Source: a virus (taxonomy: Duplodnaviria; Heunggongvirae; Uroviricota; Caudoviricetes). Taken from it: a stretch of 20,818 nucleotides of DNA. Shown here one piece after another: positions 1 to 8,426 of this stretch. The notes under the pieces are model-generated. The model was not told the DNA's origin and made no database searches. It saw only the letters and a program-made list of their open reading frames with translations. Where the stretch lies: IMG/VR virus record IMGVR_UViG_3300042900_000713, positions 103,886 through 124,703 of that record; one strand, 5' to 3'. Position numbers and translations under genes: made by a program. Numbering within the stretch: the first letter of the stretch is position 1; each line of letters begins with the position of its first letter.

Positions 1-441
1 ACGAAACTTACTTATCATTTCCACTCTATCCGTTTTAATTGAACCAAAAAAAGACCATTTTAAATTTTTATCTTCTTCAAAAACTTTACAACCATTTGTA
101 TAACCAAGAGGTATGTGTAAAGTATTTGAAGTATATTTATATTCTGGATGATGATATTGTCTTAAAAATAATTCACATTCATTTCCAAGTTCATTGTAGA
201 TTGAATTATTATCTTGATAAAATTCATCAGACAGCATAATAATAATCTTTGGTCTAAGTCTTTGTATCGTAGATTTTATATTTGAAAAATTATGAACTCT
301 ACAAGAAAAAGCAAAAACCTCACATTTAGATTGAGTATTTTCTAAATTTGAGGTATTTACATATTCAACATTTCCTTTTGGTAATATTTCATTTAACAAA
401 AAGTCAGTTTCCCATAATCCAGTTTCAAACACATAATTCAT
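1..441 (-). CDS. Partial ORF (3' end beyond window start), putative exostosin/GT47-like glycosyltransferase; missed by ORF track
   Basis: ATG at 441-439 overlaps the TGA of the upstream gene (ATGA). The frame is open for 147 codons to base 1: MNYVFETGLWETDFLLNEIL...IIIMLSDEF...LFLRQYHHP...HIPLGYTNG...KWSFFGSIKTDRVEMISKFR. The IPLGY...WSFxG...R pattern resembles exostosin-like proteins. The ORF itself is well supported; the family call is tentative. Confidence 0.7.
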   Translation of the reverse strand, partial: MNYVFETGLWETDFLLNEILPKGNVEYVNTSNLENTQSKCEVFAFSCRVHNFSNIKSTIQRLRPKIIIMLSDEFYQDNNSIYNELGNECELFLRQYHHPEYKYTSNTLHIPLGYTNGCKVFEEDKNLKWSFFGSIKTDRVEMISKFR

Positions 442-2588
442 AAAGGTCTTGATAAATCAAAATTATTTTGAATTAATTTAATTAACTGTTGATTTTTTGA
501 TACTACTCCAAGACCATAGGTGTGAGTAAAAGTACATTTTGGAAGGTCAATTTCATCAAAAAATCTCTTGACTCCATATTCATTACCAAAGGCACTTTCT
601 ACACAAGTATCGTGTAAAAGAATTACTCCATCATCACTTAAGAACTTACTCCAAGTTTCAAAATCATTCTTAACATCTTCGTATTTGTGACTTCCATCAA
701 TATGAAGAATATTAATCTTCTTATTCCAGGTTTCTGCAATTTCATTAAAATCTCCTTTAATAAAAGTCACATTTTCGTCCATAAAAAGTTTCTCTCTTTT
801 CGTCAGAACATAATCATAATTATGTCCTCCAGTAAGTCCTGTAAAGTCATCACCCATAAAATTATCAATTCCATATACTTGACCAATTCTAGGCATAGCA
901 AAGCAAAAGGTTGAGAACCCCCAATCAACACCTAAATCAACAGTTACTTCTGGTTTTAGATAACTTACAATCCATTCAGCAAATCTACGATGTCCAGTCC
1001 AACAGGTTGATGGAATATCATCAAGATTAGTTAAAAATAAGTTATCAATTGCTTTATGCCTTTCTGCAGATAGTAATGTATTTTGATTAAATGCTGTAGC
1101 AAAGACAGTAATATTTGGATTGTTTAATTTTTTAGAGAGTTCAGTGAGATATGAAAATGCTTGAGAGAGATAAGGTTCTCCTAGATTCATTGCTTCACTT
1201 ACTGCGTGAAAAGCATAGTTTGCTCCTTTTGGAGTATCTTGAAGTTGTATGAGGCAAATACTACACTTAATGAAAGCAATAATTCTAAAAGTATCAAAGT
1301 ATGATTTGGATACATTTAAATATTCTTGACCAAACTCAAGTGCCTTTTGATGATTTCCAACATTAAAATAGTGATTGAAAATAAACCAAATATAATACCA
1401 GTTAGTTTTGTCTTTTTGATATTCTCTTTCACAAATATCAAAGTAAAATAGTTCCTTTGAGACTGAACGATTAATCTTTTTTGTAATCTTAATAGAAGTT
1501 TCTATATGAACTTCATTTTCAAACTCTTCACTAGAAACAAACACAGGCATTTCGTGAACTGCATTTACCCACTTATAATTCTTGGTGCGATGAAATCTTG
1601 TATGAACTTCATTTGATTGTTGTGGTTCTTCTTCACCAATATCATCAAATCTCAAATGTTTAAAGGATGTGAGTTCATTCTCAATCATATTCAATCCTTC
1701 TAAAAATAAGTCTTGAATATCTTCATTAAAATCAATTGAAAATGCCCAGTCAGTTTTTACATAAGAAAGTGCCTGATTTCTTGCTACCGAAAAATCAAAT
1801 TCCTTTTTAGATTGTGAATGCTCATAAACTTCAATTCCAGCGTCTTTAAGTAATGAAACTGTATTATCAGTGCTTCCAGTATCAACTACTACTGTATGAG
1901 AAAATCTTTTTGAGTTTTTAATGAACTTCTCAATATTTCTCTCTTCATTTTTAGCGATAGCATATAAAGTTACATTCATTTTAGTCTCCTCGGGTTTTGG
2001 TTTAAAGTTACACCAGTGAAAAATTCTTTGAGAATAATCATAATTCAAATTCCCATTTAGAAAAAATGTAGTCTTATTTTTAAAATACTCATCAACTGCT
2101 TGAATAACCCCACTCCAACAGAGAGCATAATCATCACCAGCAATTAATCCACCTGGTTTAAGTTTTGGATACCAAGCAGTAATGTCTGCTAAAACATTTT
2201 CATAATCGTGAGATGCATCTATAAAAATAAAGTCAATACTTTCATCATCAAATTGTGATGCAATATCTAAACTTCTTCCTTGAATTGGAGAAACAATATC
2301 ATCAACTTCACATAGAGACATATTTCTTTGAAATATTTCTAATAATGAAGTTGAATTATTTCTTATATCATTTACTATTTCAGTATGCTCTTCACTACCT
2401 TCAAAAGTATCTACGGCAAATACCTTGATATTCTTTTTAGATTCCTTAATAAGTTGCCCTAAACAAGATGCAGACTTACCCATCCAGGAACCAATTTCAA
2501 CAAAAGTTGAATCATCCGAAAACTTATTTACTGCTAATTTATAAACTAAATCAGAATCAAAGAATCCAGGAACTTCTTTCCAATTCAT
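438..2588 (-). CDS. Multidomain enzyme (716 aa): class I SAM methyltransferase (Methyltransf_24-like) - GT2 glycosyltransferase - TPR-like helical region - second Methyltransf_24-like domain
   Basis: N-terminal FVEIGSWMGKS...FIFIDASHDYENV...KLKPGGLIAGDDY. GT2 segment: LYAIAKNEERNI...VVVDTGSTDNTV...FDFSVARNQAL...WAFSIDFNE. Helical region: WYYIWFIFNHYFNVGNHQKALEFG. C-terminal VDLGVDWGFS...ILHIDGSHKYEDVKNDF...GVILLHDT. Start moved from the TTG at 2603 to the ATG at 2588, which forms an ATGA overlap with the upstream stop. Confidence 0.85.
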   Translation of the reverse strand: MNWKEVPGFFDSDLVYKLAVNKFSDDSTFVEIGSWMGKSASCLGQLIKESKKNIKVFAVDTFEGSEEHTEIVNDIRNNSTSLLEIFQRNMSLCEVDDIVSPIQGRSLDIASQFDDESIDFIFIDASHDYENVLADITAWYPKLKPGGLIAGDDYALCWSGVIQAVDEYFKNKTTFFLNGNLNYDYSQRIFHWCNFKPKPEETKMNVTLYAIAKNEERNIEKFIKNSKRFSHTVVVDTGSTDNTVSLLKDAGIEVYEHSQSKKEFDFSVARNQALSYVKTDWAFSIDFNEDIQDLFLEGLNMIENELTSFKHLRFDDIGEEEPQQSNEVHTRFHRTKNYKWVNAVHEMPVFVSSEEFENEVHIETSIKITKKINRSVSKELFYFDICEREYQKDKTNWYYIWFIFNHYFNVGNHQKALEFGQEYLNVSKSYFDTFRIIAFIKCSICLIQLQDTPKGANYAFHAVSEAMNLGEPYLSQAFSYLTELSKKLNNPNITVFATAFNQNTLLSAERHKAIDNLFLTNLDDIPSTCWTGHRRFAEWIVSYLKPEVTVDLGVDWGFSTFCFAMPRIGQVYGIDNFMGDDFTGLTGGHNYDYVLTKREKLFMDENVTFIKGDFNEIAETWNKKINILHIDGSHKYEDVKNDFETWSKFLSDDGVILLHDTCVESAFGNEYGVKRFFDEIDLPKCTFTHTYGLGVVSKNQQLIKLIQNNFDLSRPL
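1986..1991 (-). promoter_or_regulatory. Candidate internal Shine-Dalgarno (GAGGAG) 6 nt upstream of the in-frame ATG at 1979 that opens the GT2 domain
   Basis: Minus strand reads CCC GAG GAG ACT AAA ATG AAT GTA, exactly at the MTase/GT2 domain boundary. Confidence 0.45.
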
Positions 2589-3283
2589 AGATAAAGACTC
2601 CAATCAATACAAGGGGAAATCATTTCTTTTACTGCGTGTGTTGAATAACCAGGAAGACAAGAAATTAAATATCTTCCTTTTTGATTTAAATCTAAAAACT
2701 TTTGATGGTCTGCTGTAGGTTCTACATTTGTAGAATATTGATAATGAATTCTCTTATCTTCTTTTAGTGTTTTGAACTTTGTTGCAAAAGTATTTGTAGT
2801 GGAAGGAACTGGTTTCCAATGAGAACTCTTTGTAATTAAAATCTTACTCATCAAATCCCCATACATTTCTGAATATTTGTCTTTGTGGTCATATAAAGTC
2901 ACATAAGAAACTGGAAGTTCAAATCCTTCTTGTAAAATTGTATCCCAGTTTGGGCGATGAACATAATCATCTTCTAGAAAATAAATGATTGTATCATCAT
3001 CAAAGTTCTTTGAAAGAACATATTCTAAAGTTTTTAGAAAACTTATTGATTCTCCTCCCGCATTAATGATATGAATATTCTCTTCTTGAGAAAGAAAGGT
3101 ATCTTCAATCTTCCCATAATGCTCATCATAAATGAGAGTATAATTAGTGGTTTCTGAATTTAAAGTATTTTTGAAATTCCCAAATACTTTTTCCTTATTC
3201 CACCAATCTGGTCTTTCTTTATTCGGTTGTTCTTGTATCTTTGAATAATAACAATGTCTTAAGAAGACTTCAATTTTTTTCAT
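2585..3283 (-). CDS. Putative GT-A fold glycosyltransferase (232 aa)
   Basis: Hydrophobic strand plus acidic motif IIYFLEDDYVHRPNW; later YVTLYDHKDKY and STTNTFA; C-terminal His (GYSTHA). ATGA overlaps at both ends. Confidence 0.65.
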   Translation of the reverse strand: MKKIEVFLRHCYYSKIQEQPNKERPDWWNKEKVFGNFKNTLNSETTNYTLIYDEHYGKIEDTFLSQEENIHIINAGGESISFLKTLEYVLSKNFDDDTIIYFLEDDYVHRPNWDTILQEGFELPVSYVTLYDHKDKYSEMYGDLMSKILITKSSHWKPVPSTTNTFATKFKTLKEDKRIHYQYSTNVEPTADHQKFLDLNQKGRYLISCLPGYSTHAVKEMISPCIDWSLYL

Positions 3284-4059
3284 ATATTAAATTTATCATA
3301 AAGTTTTACATTTTCTTCTCCAATAATTTCTTCTGGAGAAGGTGAAGTTCTTTGAAGTTTTGGACGAATTTGATGAAGATTATCAATTCCCCAGGCATCA
3401 TCTTTATCTTCGGCACAAGTATTTAGAATGTTGGAAAAATCGTGTTTATGAGATTCTATTTCTAGAAATTCATAAATCTTTTTCACTTCATTCTCTGGAT
3501 TTTCTATAAGATGATTATAATCAACTAAATGAATATTATGTGAATGATGTTGTAATCCATAGACTAGACTTTGATATGGGTCACTTACATAATTTTTCCA
3601 AAGACATTCAATACGATTAGTTGTTGTGATGGGAGTTCCTTCTCGTCTTAAATGAGCATCTACAAAATTATTAGTTCCATTTTTTTCCAAAAGAATAATA
3701 TAAGAAGCAAGAACTTCTGAAATTCTACGATTAGTTGCTATAATTTTTGGTTTTTGATGAATATACTTTTCAATTGAAGAGACATTCTTACACCATCCAC
3801 GATGCTTATCTAATATACAAGGTTTTTCAATATGATTATAAAAATTTGAAAGAATTGAATGATAAGTATTGTATTGAATGTTATCTTTGTCGTATGTATA
3901 TTGAATATCTAATTTAGAAAATCCTTCATCAATCCAACAAAGTAAATCGGCAAGAGGAGATGTTGGAGTTGCTTGAAGTTTGGAATGTTGAGAAAGAATG
4001 GAACCTAATAATGTTGAACCACTTCTGGGAAGACCAGAAAGAAAATAAAGATTTTTCAT
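3280..4059 (-). CDS. PAPS-dependent sulfotransferase (Sulfotransfer_3-like, 259 aa)
   Basis: 5'-PSB loop YFLSGLPRSGSTLLGSIL; ILDKHRGW; KIIATNRRISEVLASY (3'-PB region); LVDYNHLIENPENEVKKIYEFL. Confidence 0.88.
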   Translation of the reverse strand: MKNLYFLSGLPRSGSTLLGSILSQHSKLQATPTSPLADLLCWIDEGFSKLDIQYTYDKDNIQYNTYHSILSNFYNHIEKPCILDKHRGWCKNVSSIEKYIHQKPKIIATNRRISEVLASYIILLEKNGTNNFVDAHLRREGTPITTTNRIECLWKNYVSDPYQSLVYGLQHHSHNIHLVDYNHLIENPENEVKKIYEFLEIESHKHDFSNILNTCAEDKDDAWGIDNLHQIRPKLQRTSPSPEEIIGEENVKLYDKFNI

Positions 4060-4072
4060 TTGTTATGATATT

Positions 4073-5245
4073 TTAGGGGTCAGGTTGATATTGAATTGCT
4101 ATAGTATGATAACCTCCAGCAATAGATTTCCAATTGTTACCACCAAGTAGTGTAGTGACTGGAGTATTTCTTTGTGTAATATCATTGACTCCTAATTGTC
4201 CATAAACATTACGACCCCAAGTCCATAGAGTTCCATCAGTCTTAATTGCTATGGTATGAAAAAATCCACTCGCAATAGATTTCCAATTGTTACCACCAAG
4301 TAGTGTGGTGACTGGAGTGCTTCTATGTGTGGTATCATTTACACCTAATGCTCCATAAGAATTACGACCCCAAGTCCATAGAGTTCCATCAGTCTTAATT
4401 GCTATGGTATGAAAACCTTTACCAGCAATAGATTTCCAATTGGTTCCACCAAGTAGTGTGGTGACTGGAGTGCTTCTAGATGTAGTATTATTTACACCTA
4501 GTTGTCCATTATCATTACTACCCCAATTCCATAAAGTCCCATCAGTATTAAGTGCTATAGTATGATAATATCCACCAGCAATAGATTTCCAATTGGTTCC
4601 ACCAAGTAGTGTGGTGACTGGAGTGCTTCTAGATGTAGTATTATTTACACCTAGTTGTCCATTATCATTATAACCCCAAGACCATAGAGTTCCATCAGTC
4701 TTAAGTGCTATGGTATGATAAAATCCACCAGTAATAGATTTCCAATTGTTACCACCAAGTAGTGTAGTGACTGGAGTGCTTCTTCGTGTAGTATCATTTA
4801 CACCTAGTTGTCCAAAAAGATTAGAACCCCAAGACCATAGAGTTCCATCAGTCTTAAGTGCTATCGTATGATAACCTCCACAAGCAATAGATTTCCAATT
4901 GTTACCACCAAGTAGCGTAGTGACTGGAGTGCTTCTATGTGTATTATCATTTACACCTAGTTGTACACTATTATTACCACCCCAAGACCATAGAGTTTCA
5001 TCAGTTTTAAGTGCTACTGTATGAGATTTTCCACTCGCAATAGATTTCCAATTGTTACCACCAAGTAGCGTAGTGACTGGAGTGCTTCTATATGTGGTAT
5101 CATTTACTCCTAATTGTCCATAAAAATTAAGACCCCAAGACCATAATGCAGGTTGTCTAAAAGTTTCTGCCGGAACAAAGACATCATAAAAATTATAAAC
5201 TACTCCGTTCTCTGTAAAACTATAATTAATATCGTCTGCGGGCAT
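4073..5245 (-). CDS. RCC1/BLIP-II-like 7-repeat beta-propeller protein C (390 aa)
   Basis: Seven 51-aa repeats LWSWGxNxxGQLGVN...TPVTTLLGGxNWKSIAGGxxHTIALKTDGT after a unique 33-aa leader. SD-like AAGGA upstream. Confidence 0.92.
   Translation of the reverse strand: MPADDINYSFTENGVVYNFYDVFVPAETFRQPALWSWGLNFYGQLGVNDTTYRSTPVTTLLGGNNWKSIASGKSHTVALKTDETLWSWGGNNSVQLGVNDNTHRSTPVTTLLGGNNWKSIACGGYHTIALKTDGTLWSWGSNLFGQLGVNDTTRRSTPVTTLLGGNNWKSITGGFYHTIALKTDGTLWSWGYNDNGQLGVNNTTSRSTPVTTLLGGTNWKSIAGGYYHTIALNTDGTLWNWGSNDNGQLGVNNTTSRSTPVTTLLGGTNWKSIAGKGFHTIAIKTDGTLWTWGRNSYGALGVNDTTHRSTPVTTLLGGNNWKSIASGFFHTIAIKTDGTLWTWGRNVYGQLGVNDITQRNTPVTTLLGGNNWKSIAGGYHTIAIQYQPDP
4079..5146 (-). repeat. 7 tandem ~153-bp coding repeats (propeller C)
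   Basis: Periodic CCAGTCACYACRCTACTTGGTGG core on the minus strand; last unit is one codon short. Confidence 0.92.
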
Positions 5246-5255
5246 TTTAGGTTCC

Positions 5256-5609
5256 TTACTGTTTTACAAATATTATAGGAGTATTCATTTTTTGACTCCA
5301 GTTTTCAAAATACTCTACTATATTATTATTTATTGATTCTTTAATTGTTTCAATAATTTTGAGATATTGTCCATTCTCATTATTTTCTACAGAAACTAAA
5401 AATCCACACTTATCTGGACGATATTCTTCGTCTATTAATTCTTGAGACCAGGCACAAAAATAATTCTCACAGGATTTTGGTCTTACTTTATGAACATCAC
5501 ATTTATTCTCACATAAAAATCTACAAGACTTTCCATTTCCAAACTCCCATCCATAAGCATCACCAGTCAACCAAGTGCAACAAACAGTGCAACCATTACA
5601 GTCTTTCAT
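5256..5609 (-). CDS. YkgJ/CxxCxxCC-family cysteine-cluster protein (putative Zn or Fe-S binding, 117 aa)
   Basis: CNGCTVCC...CRFLCENKCDVHKVRPKSCENYFC matches the CxxCxxCC...CxFL...CxxxxxRPxxCxxxxC pattern. Confidence 0.78.
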   Translation of the reverse strand: MKDCNGCTVCCTWLTGDAYGWEFGNGKSCRFLCENKCDVHKVRPKSCENYFCAWSQELIDEEYRPDKCGFLVSVENNENGQYLKIIETIKESINNNIVEYFENWSQKMNTPIIFVKQ

Positions 5610-6292
5610 TCAATATAATCCTCTTCTTTAAAATAATGATTCACTAAATCTATCTCACCATTATGTAGTCTTGAAGAGAAATTTTCATCCCATACTTTCA
5701 AAGATTTTACTTTATATTTTCCACCACTTCCAATCCAGAATTCTCTATCCAGTCTATATCCAGTTTCCAGATACTTATCATTTAGTTTGTTAATATAAGA
5801 AGCATTTGCCCACCAGAAGTTTCCAGGATAATGTCCAATATTATCTACATTTTTTGTAATCTCTCCATTCTCCCAAATCGTATCTCCCAAAATCAACCAA
5901 GTCTGCCCCACACAATCATAAGTATTCAAATATTCTACACATTCTTTCCATCTATCAATCACAAAGTATTCCATCATTAATCTCCAAGATTGTGATTCTA
6001 ATGTATTTTTAGAAGATCCTTTAGTATGAAAATATAGAATCTTATAGTCTGAATTTTCCTTACAAAAATCTCTTAAAGAAATCAAAGTTTCAGTCTCTTC
6101 GTTCCAGTTGGTATTTCTTTTAATTACTGCTTTTTCAGGAACATTAAAAAGTTCTTGGTCTCCATTTATCCCAAAATGAATATAATCTGATTCTTTAATT
6201 AATCCAGAAGCATATAATCTATGCAATTGAGATTGATAAATGAATGCTCCCAATCCTATTTGTGCGATATGATAGAAAATTGCAATCTTCAT
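5606..6292 (-). CDS. Hypothetical protein with YFHTKG / HYPGNFWWA motifs, possibly glycan-modifying (228 aa)
   Basis: Clean ORF with ATGA overlaps at both ends; motifs ILYFHTKG, WRLMMEYF, YDCVG, GNFWWANASYINKL, REFWIG. Function inferred from context only. Confidence 0.75.
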   Translation of the reverse strand: MKIAIFYHIAQIGLGAFIYQSQLHRLYASGLIKESDYIHFGINGDQELFNVPEKAVIKRNTNWNEETETLISLRDFCKENSDYKILYFHTKGSSKNTLESQSWRLMMEYFVIDRWKECVEYLNTYDCVGQTWLILGDTIWENGEITKNVDNIGHYPGNFWWANASYINKLNDKYLETGYRLDREFWIGSGGKYKVKSLKVWDENFSSRLHNGEIDLVNHYFKEEDYIE

Positions 6293-7074
6293 ATTGAATA
6301 ATTTGCGGTCTCCATTCCTTTATTTACATTTAATCCTAGATTTGGAATAGATATAATTCTTTCTTTATTTAAAAATCTATAGAGTGCGTGTTCAATATCA
6401 TTTCCTGTAGTATACTGTATCATTTTTTCCAAATATACGAAACTTCTTTCTAATGCTTCTATCGTCTCATTAAATAACATTTTATCAAAAGACCATAACC
6501 CAGTCACCATCATTCCTTCTGCCTGATATAGATAGGCATAAATATTTTCCAAATTATCAGTATTCATACTTTCTATTTCTTTATTTAAATAACTATAAGT
6601 CTTTGCGATGTAATAGTTTTCTAATAATTTACTTTCATAATCTTTAATTTCAAAATATTCATTTAAAGTATATCTTCCAGTTAATTTAAAAATTCTAGTT
6701 ACATCAGTAAAGAGTTGCTTATCTTTCATTAGATACAAACAGTTTAATATACCTCTGGTTTCTAGTAGTGACTTACCAAAAGTAATGAGTTCTGGTTTTT
6801 GTGAGAAATTTTCATAAAGAGTTTCAATTCCAGGTTCATTATAAAATTCTAAAAATAAATCTGATTTCTCCTGAAGAATTGATTTATATTCACTTGAGAT
6901 TGATTTATAAGAACATTCAAATAAACAAATATAAGCATTTGGAACTTTGGTTCTTATGGATTCAATTGTATCTAAAGTTTGAAAAAATCTTTGCTCTGTA
7001 TTATAACGACTATAATTCTTTTCGGCAAAATGCTCTAGTGAAGAACCAACTAGAAATAAAAATTTATAATCCAT
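6289..7074 (-). CDS. Hypothetical protein (261 aa), possible glycosyltransferase-like
   Basis: Clean ORF overlapping both neighbours; motifs EQRFFQTLDTIESIRTKVP, LFECS, RIFKLTGRYTLN, IEHALY. Function unassigned. Confidence 0.72.
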   Translation of the reverse strand: MDYKFLFLVGSSLEHFAEKNYSRYNTEQRFFQTLDTIESIRTKVPNAYICLFECSYKSISSEYKSILQEKSDLFLEFYNEPGIETLYENFSQKPELITFGKSLLETRGILNCLYLMKDKQLFTDVTRIFKLTGRYTLNEYFEIKDYESKLLENYYIAKTYSYLNKEIESMNTDNLENIYAYLYQAEGMMVTGLWSFDKMLFNETIEALERSFVYLEKMIQYTTGNDIEHALYRFLNKERIISIPNLGLNVNKGMETANYSI

Positions 7075-8404
7075 TTAAAAACTCTCTCAATTGTTGTAAC
7101 GGTGCATCCCAGTTTCTGGGTTTCTTTTGACGAAATAGATGAACATTATCACCATACCACCAAGATTTTCCTGTTGAACTAGTCCAGGCATAATACTCCA
7201 TAATAGGAACAAAGACACATACTTCTTTACCCATAGAAGATGCAATATGAGCGATTGATGTGCAAGAAGTAATCACCAAGTCCATTTGATTTATAATAGA
7301 AAAAGTATCAGCAAATTCTCTATTTTTTGAATGAAATTCTTTGATGTTTCTTTTACAAGAATCTGGAACAGGAGTATCACTCATTTGTAAGGAATAAAGT
7401 GAATATTCAGGTTTGCCTAATACATTAAACAAATTAAAGAAATCTACACTTCTAAAATGTGCCTGTTCAAATCCAGAATCAGAATTCCAGAACATTCCAA
7501 TTTTATACTTTGTGTCTTTTTGAATATAAGAATATTGCTTTTCCTTCTCTGGTAATGGATTAAGATATGGTTCTTGACCTAAATCTTGCACTGAAAGTTG
7601 AAGATAATATGGAAGAGCAAGGGCATAAACCCAACAAGAGTTATCTGGATATTCTGGTTTATCCCAGACACAAACACTTTCAAAACCATTATAATTGAAA
7701 ATATCTGCTAAATGTTTTCTAGTGGTTGCCCATATAGGTCTCATTCCAAGTTCTTTCAGGTTCTTCATAAACCGAATATGCATAATTTCATCACCAGCAC
7801 CACAATTCGCATCAATCACAATTGTCTGATTTGGAGTAATTCTACCATTCCATTTTTGAAAAGGCAATTTAATATTCTTATATGCAGTCTTTTCTGTTTC
7901 TATGAGAAAGTGTTCAAGTGCCTTTGGTAAATCATCTTTATGAAAATAATAACCCGAAAGATTGTGATGAACCTTCTTTTCTATTTCCTCTGGTAAATCG
8001 TTTCTCTTTGAAAGATTAAAAAGTAACTTATGTGCCTTATCTAATTGTCCAAGTTGTGAATATGATGAGGTTTCTTCAAATAAAAGTTCTGGGTCATTTG
8101 GAGTGATTTTCTTACACTTTTCAATTTGAGTAATTGCTTTCTCTGGATAATTAAATTGATTATAAGCATTAATAAGATTTTTAGAAGTAATATATTTTTC
8201 TTCTGTGGTTGTTGCCTTATGAAGTGTCTTTTCTCCATATTCTATTGCTTTTGGAAGATTTTTAAGTTCAAAGAATATTTTTGATATTTCATCATATTGT
8301 GAAAATAGTTCTGCTCTTTTTCCAAATGCTTCTAATAATTCATAAGTAAGTTGTTTTTCATTAAACGAATATAAGGTTTTGGAGACCAATTCAAGAGGAT
8401 TCAT
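7064..8404 (-). CDS. TPR-repeat protein fused to a GT9/heptosyltransferase-like GT-B domain (446 aa)
   Basis: TPR helices (LPKAIEYGEK, YPEKAITQIEKCKKITPNDPEL, YSQLGQLDKAHKLL). GT9-like motifs CGAGDEIMHIRF, KIGMFW, LYSLQ, MDLVITSCTSIAHIASSMGKEV, WWYGDNVHLFRQKKPRNW. Confidence 0.82.
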   Translation of the reverse strand: MNPLELVSKTLYSFNEKQLTYELLEAFGKRAELFSQYDEISKIFFELKNLPKAIEYGEKTLHKATTTEEKYITSKNLINAYNQFNYPEKAITQIEKCKKITPNDPELLFEETSSYSQLGQLDKAHKLLFNLSKRNDLPEEIEKKVHHNLSGYYFHKDDLPKALEHFLIETEKTAYKNIKLPFQKWNGRITPNQTIVIDANCGAGDEIMHIRFMKNLKELGMRPIWATTRKHLADIFNYNGFESVCVWDKPEYPDNSCWVYALALPYYLQLSVQDLGQEPYLNPLPEKEKQYSYIQKDTKYKIGMFWNSDSGFEQAHFRSVDFFNLFNVLGKPEYSLYSLQMSDTPVPDSCKRNIKEFHSKNREFADTFSIINQMDLVITSCTSIAHIASSMGKEVCVFVPIMEYYAWTSSTGKSWWYGDNVHLFRQKKPRNWDAPLQQLREFLNGL

Positions 8405-8426
8405 ATAAAAATAATATATTTAAAAG

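Noticed and set aside
39-914. Plus-strand ORFs 39..239 and 687..914 (also 6801..7130, 7712..7930)
   Set aside because: Antisense shadows of longer minus-strand genes with recognisable motifs; low-complexity AT-driven composition.
2589-2603. TTG start (MESLS) for the MT-GT2 fusion, and likewise the TTG start at 13018 for the short fibre
   Set aside because: Downstream ATGs at 2588 and 12997 fit the coupling pattern (ATGA overlap; 1-nt gap with SD) and avoid long overlaps.
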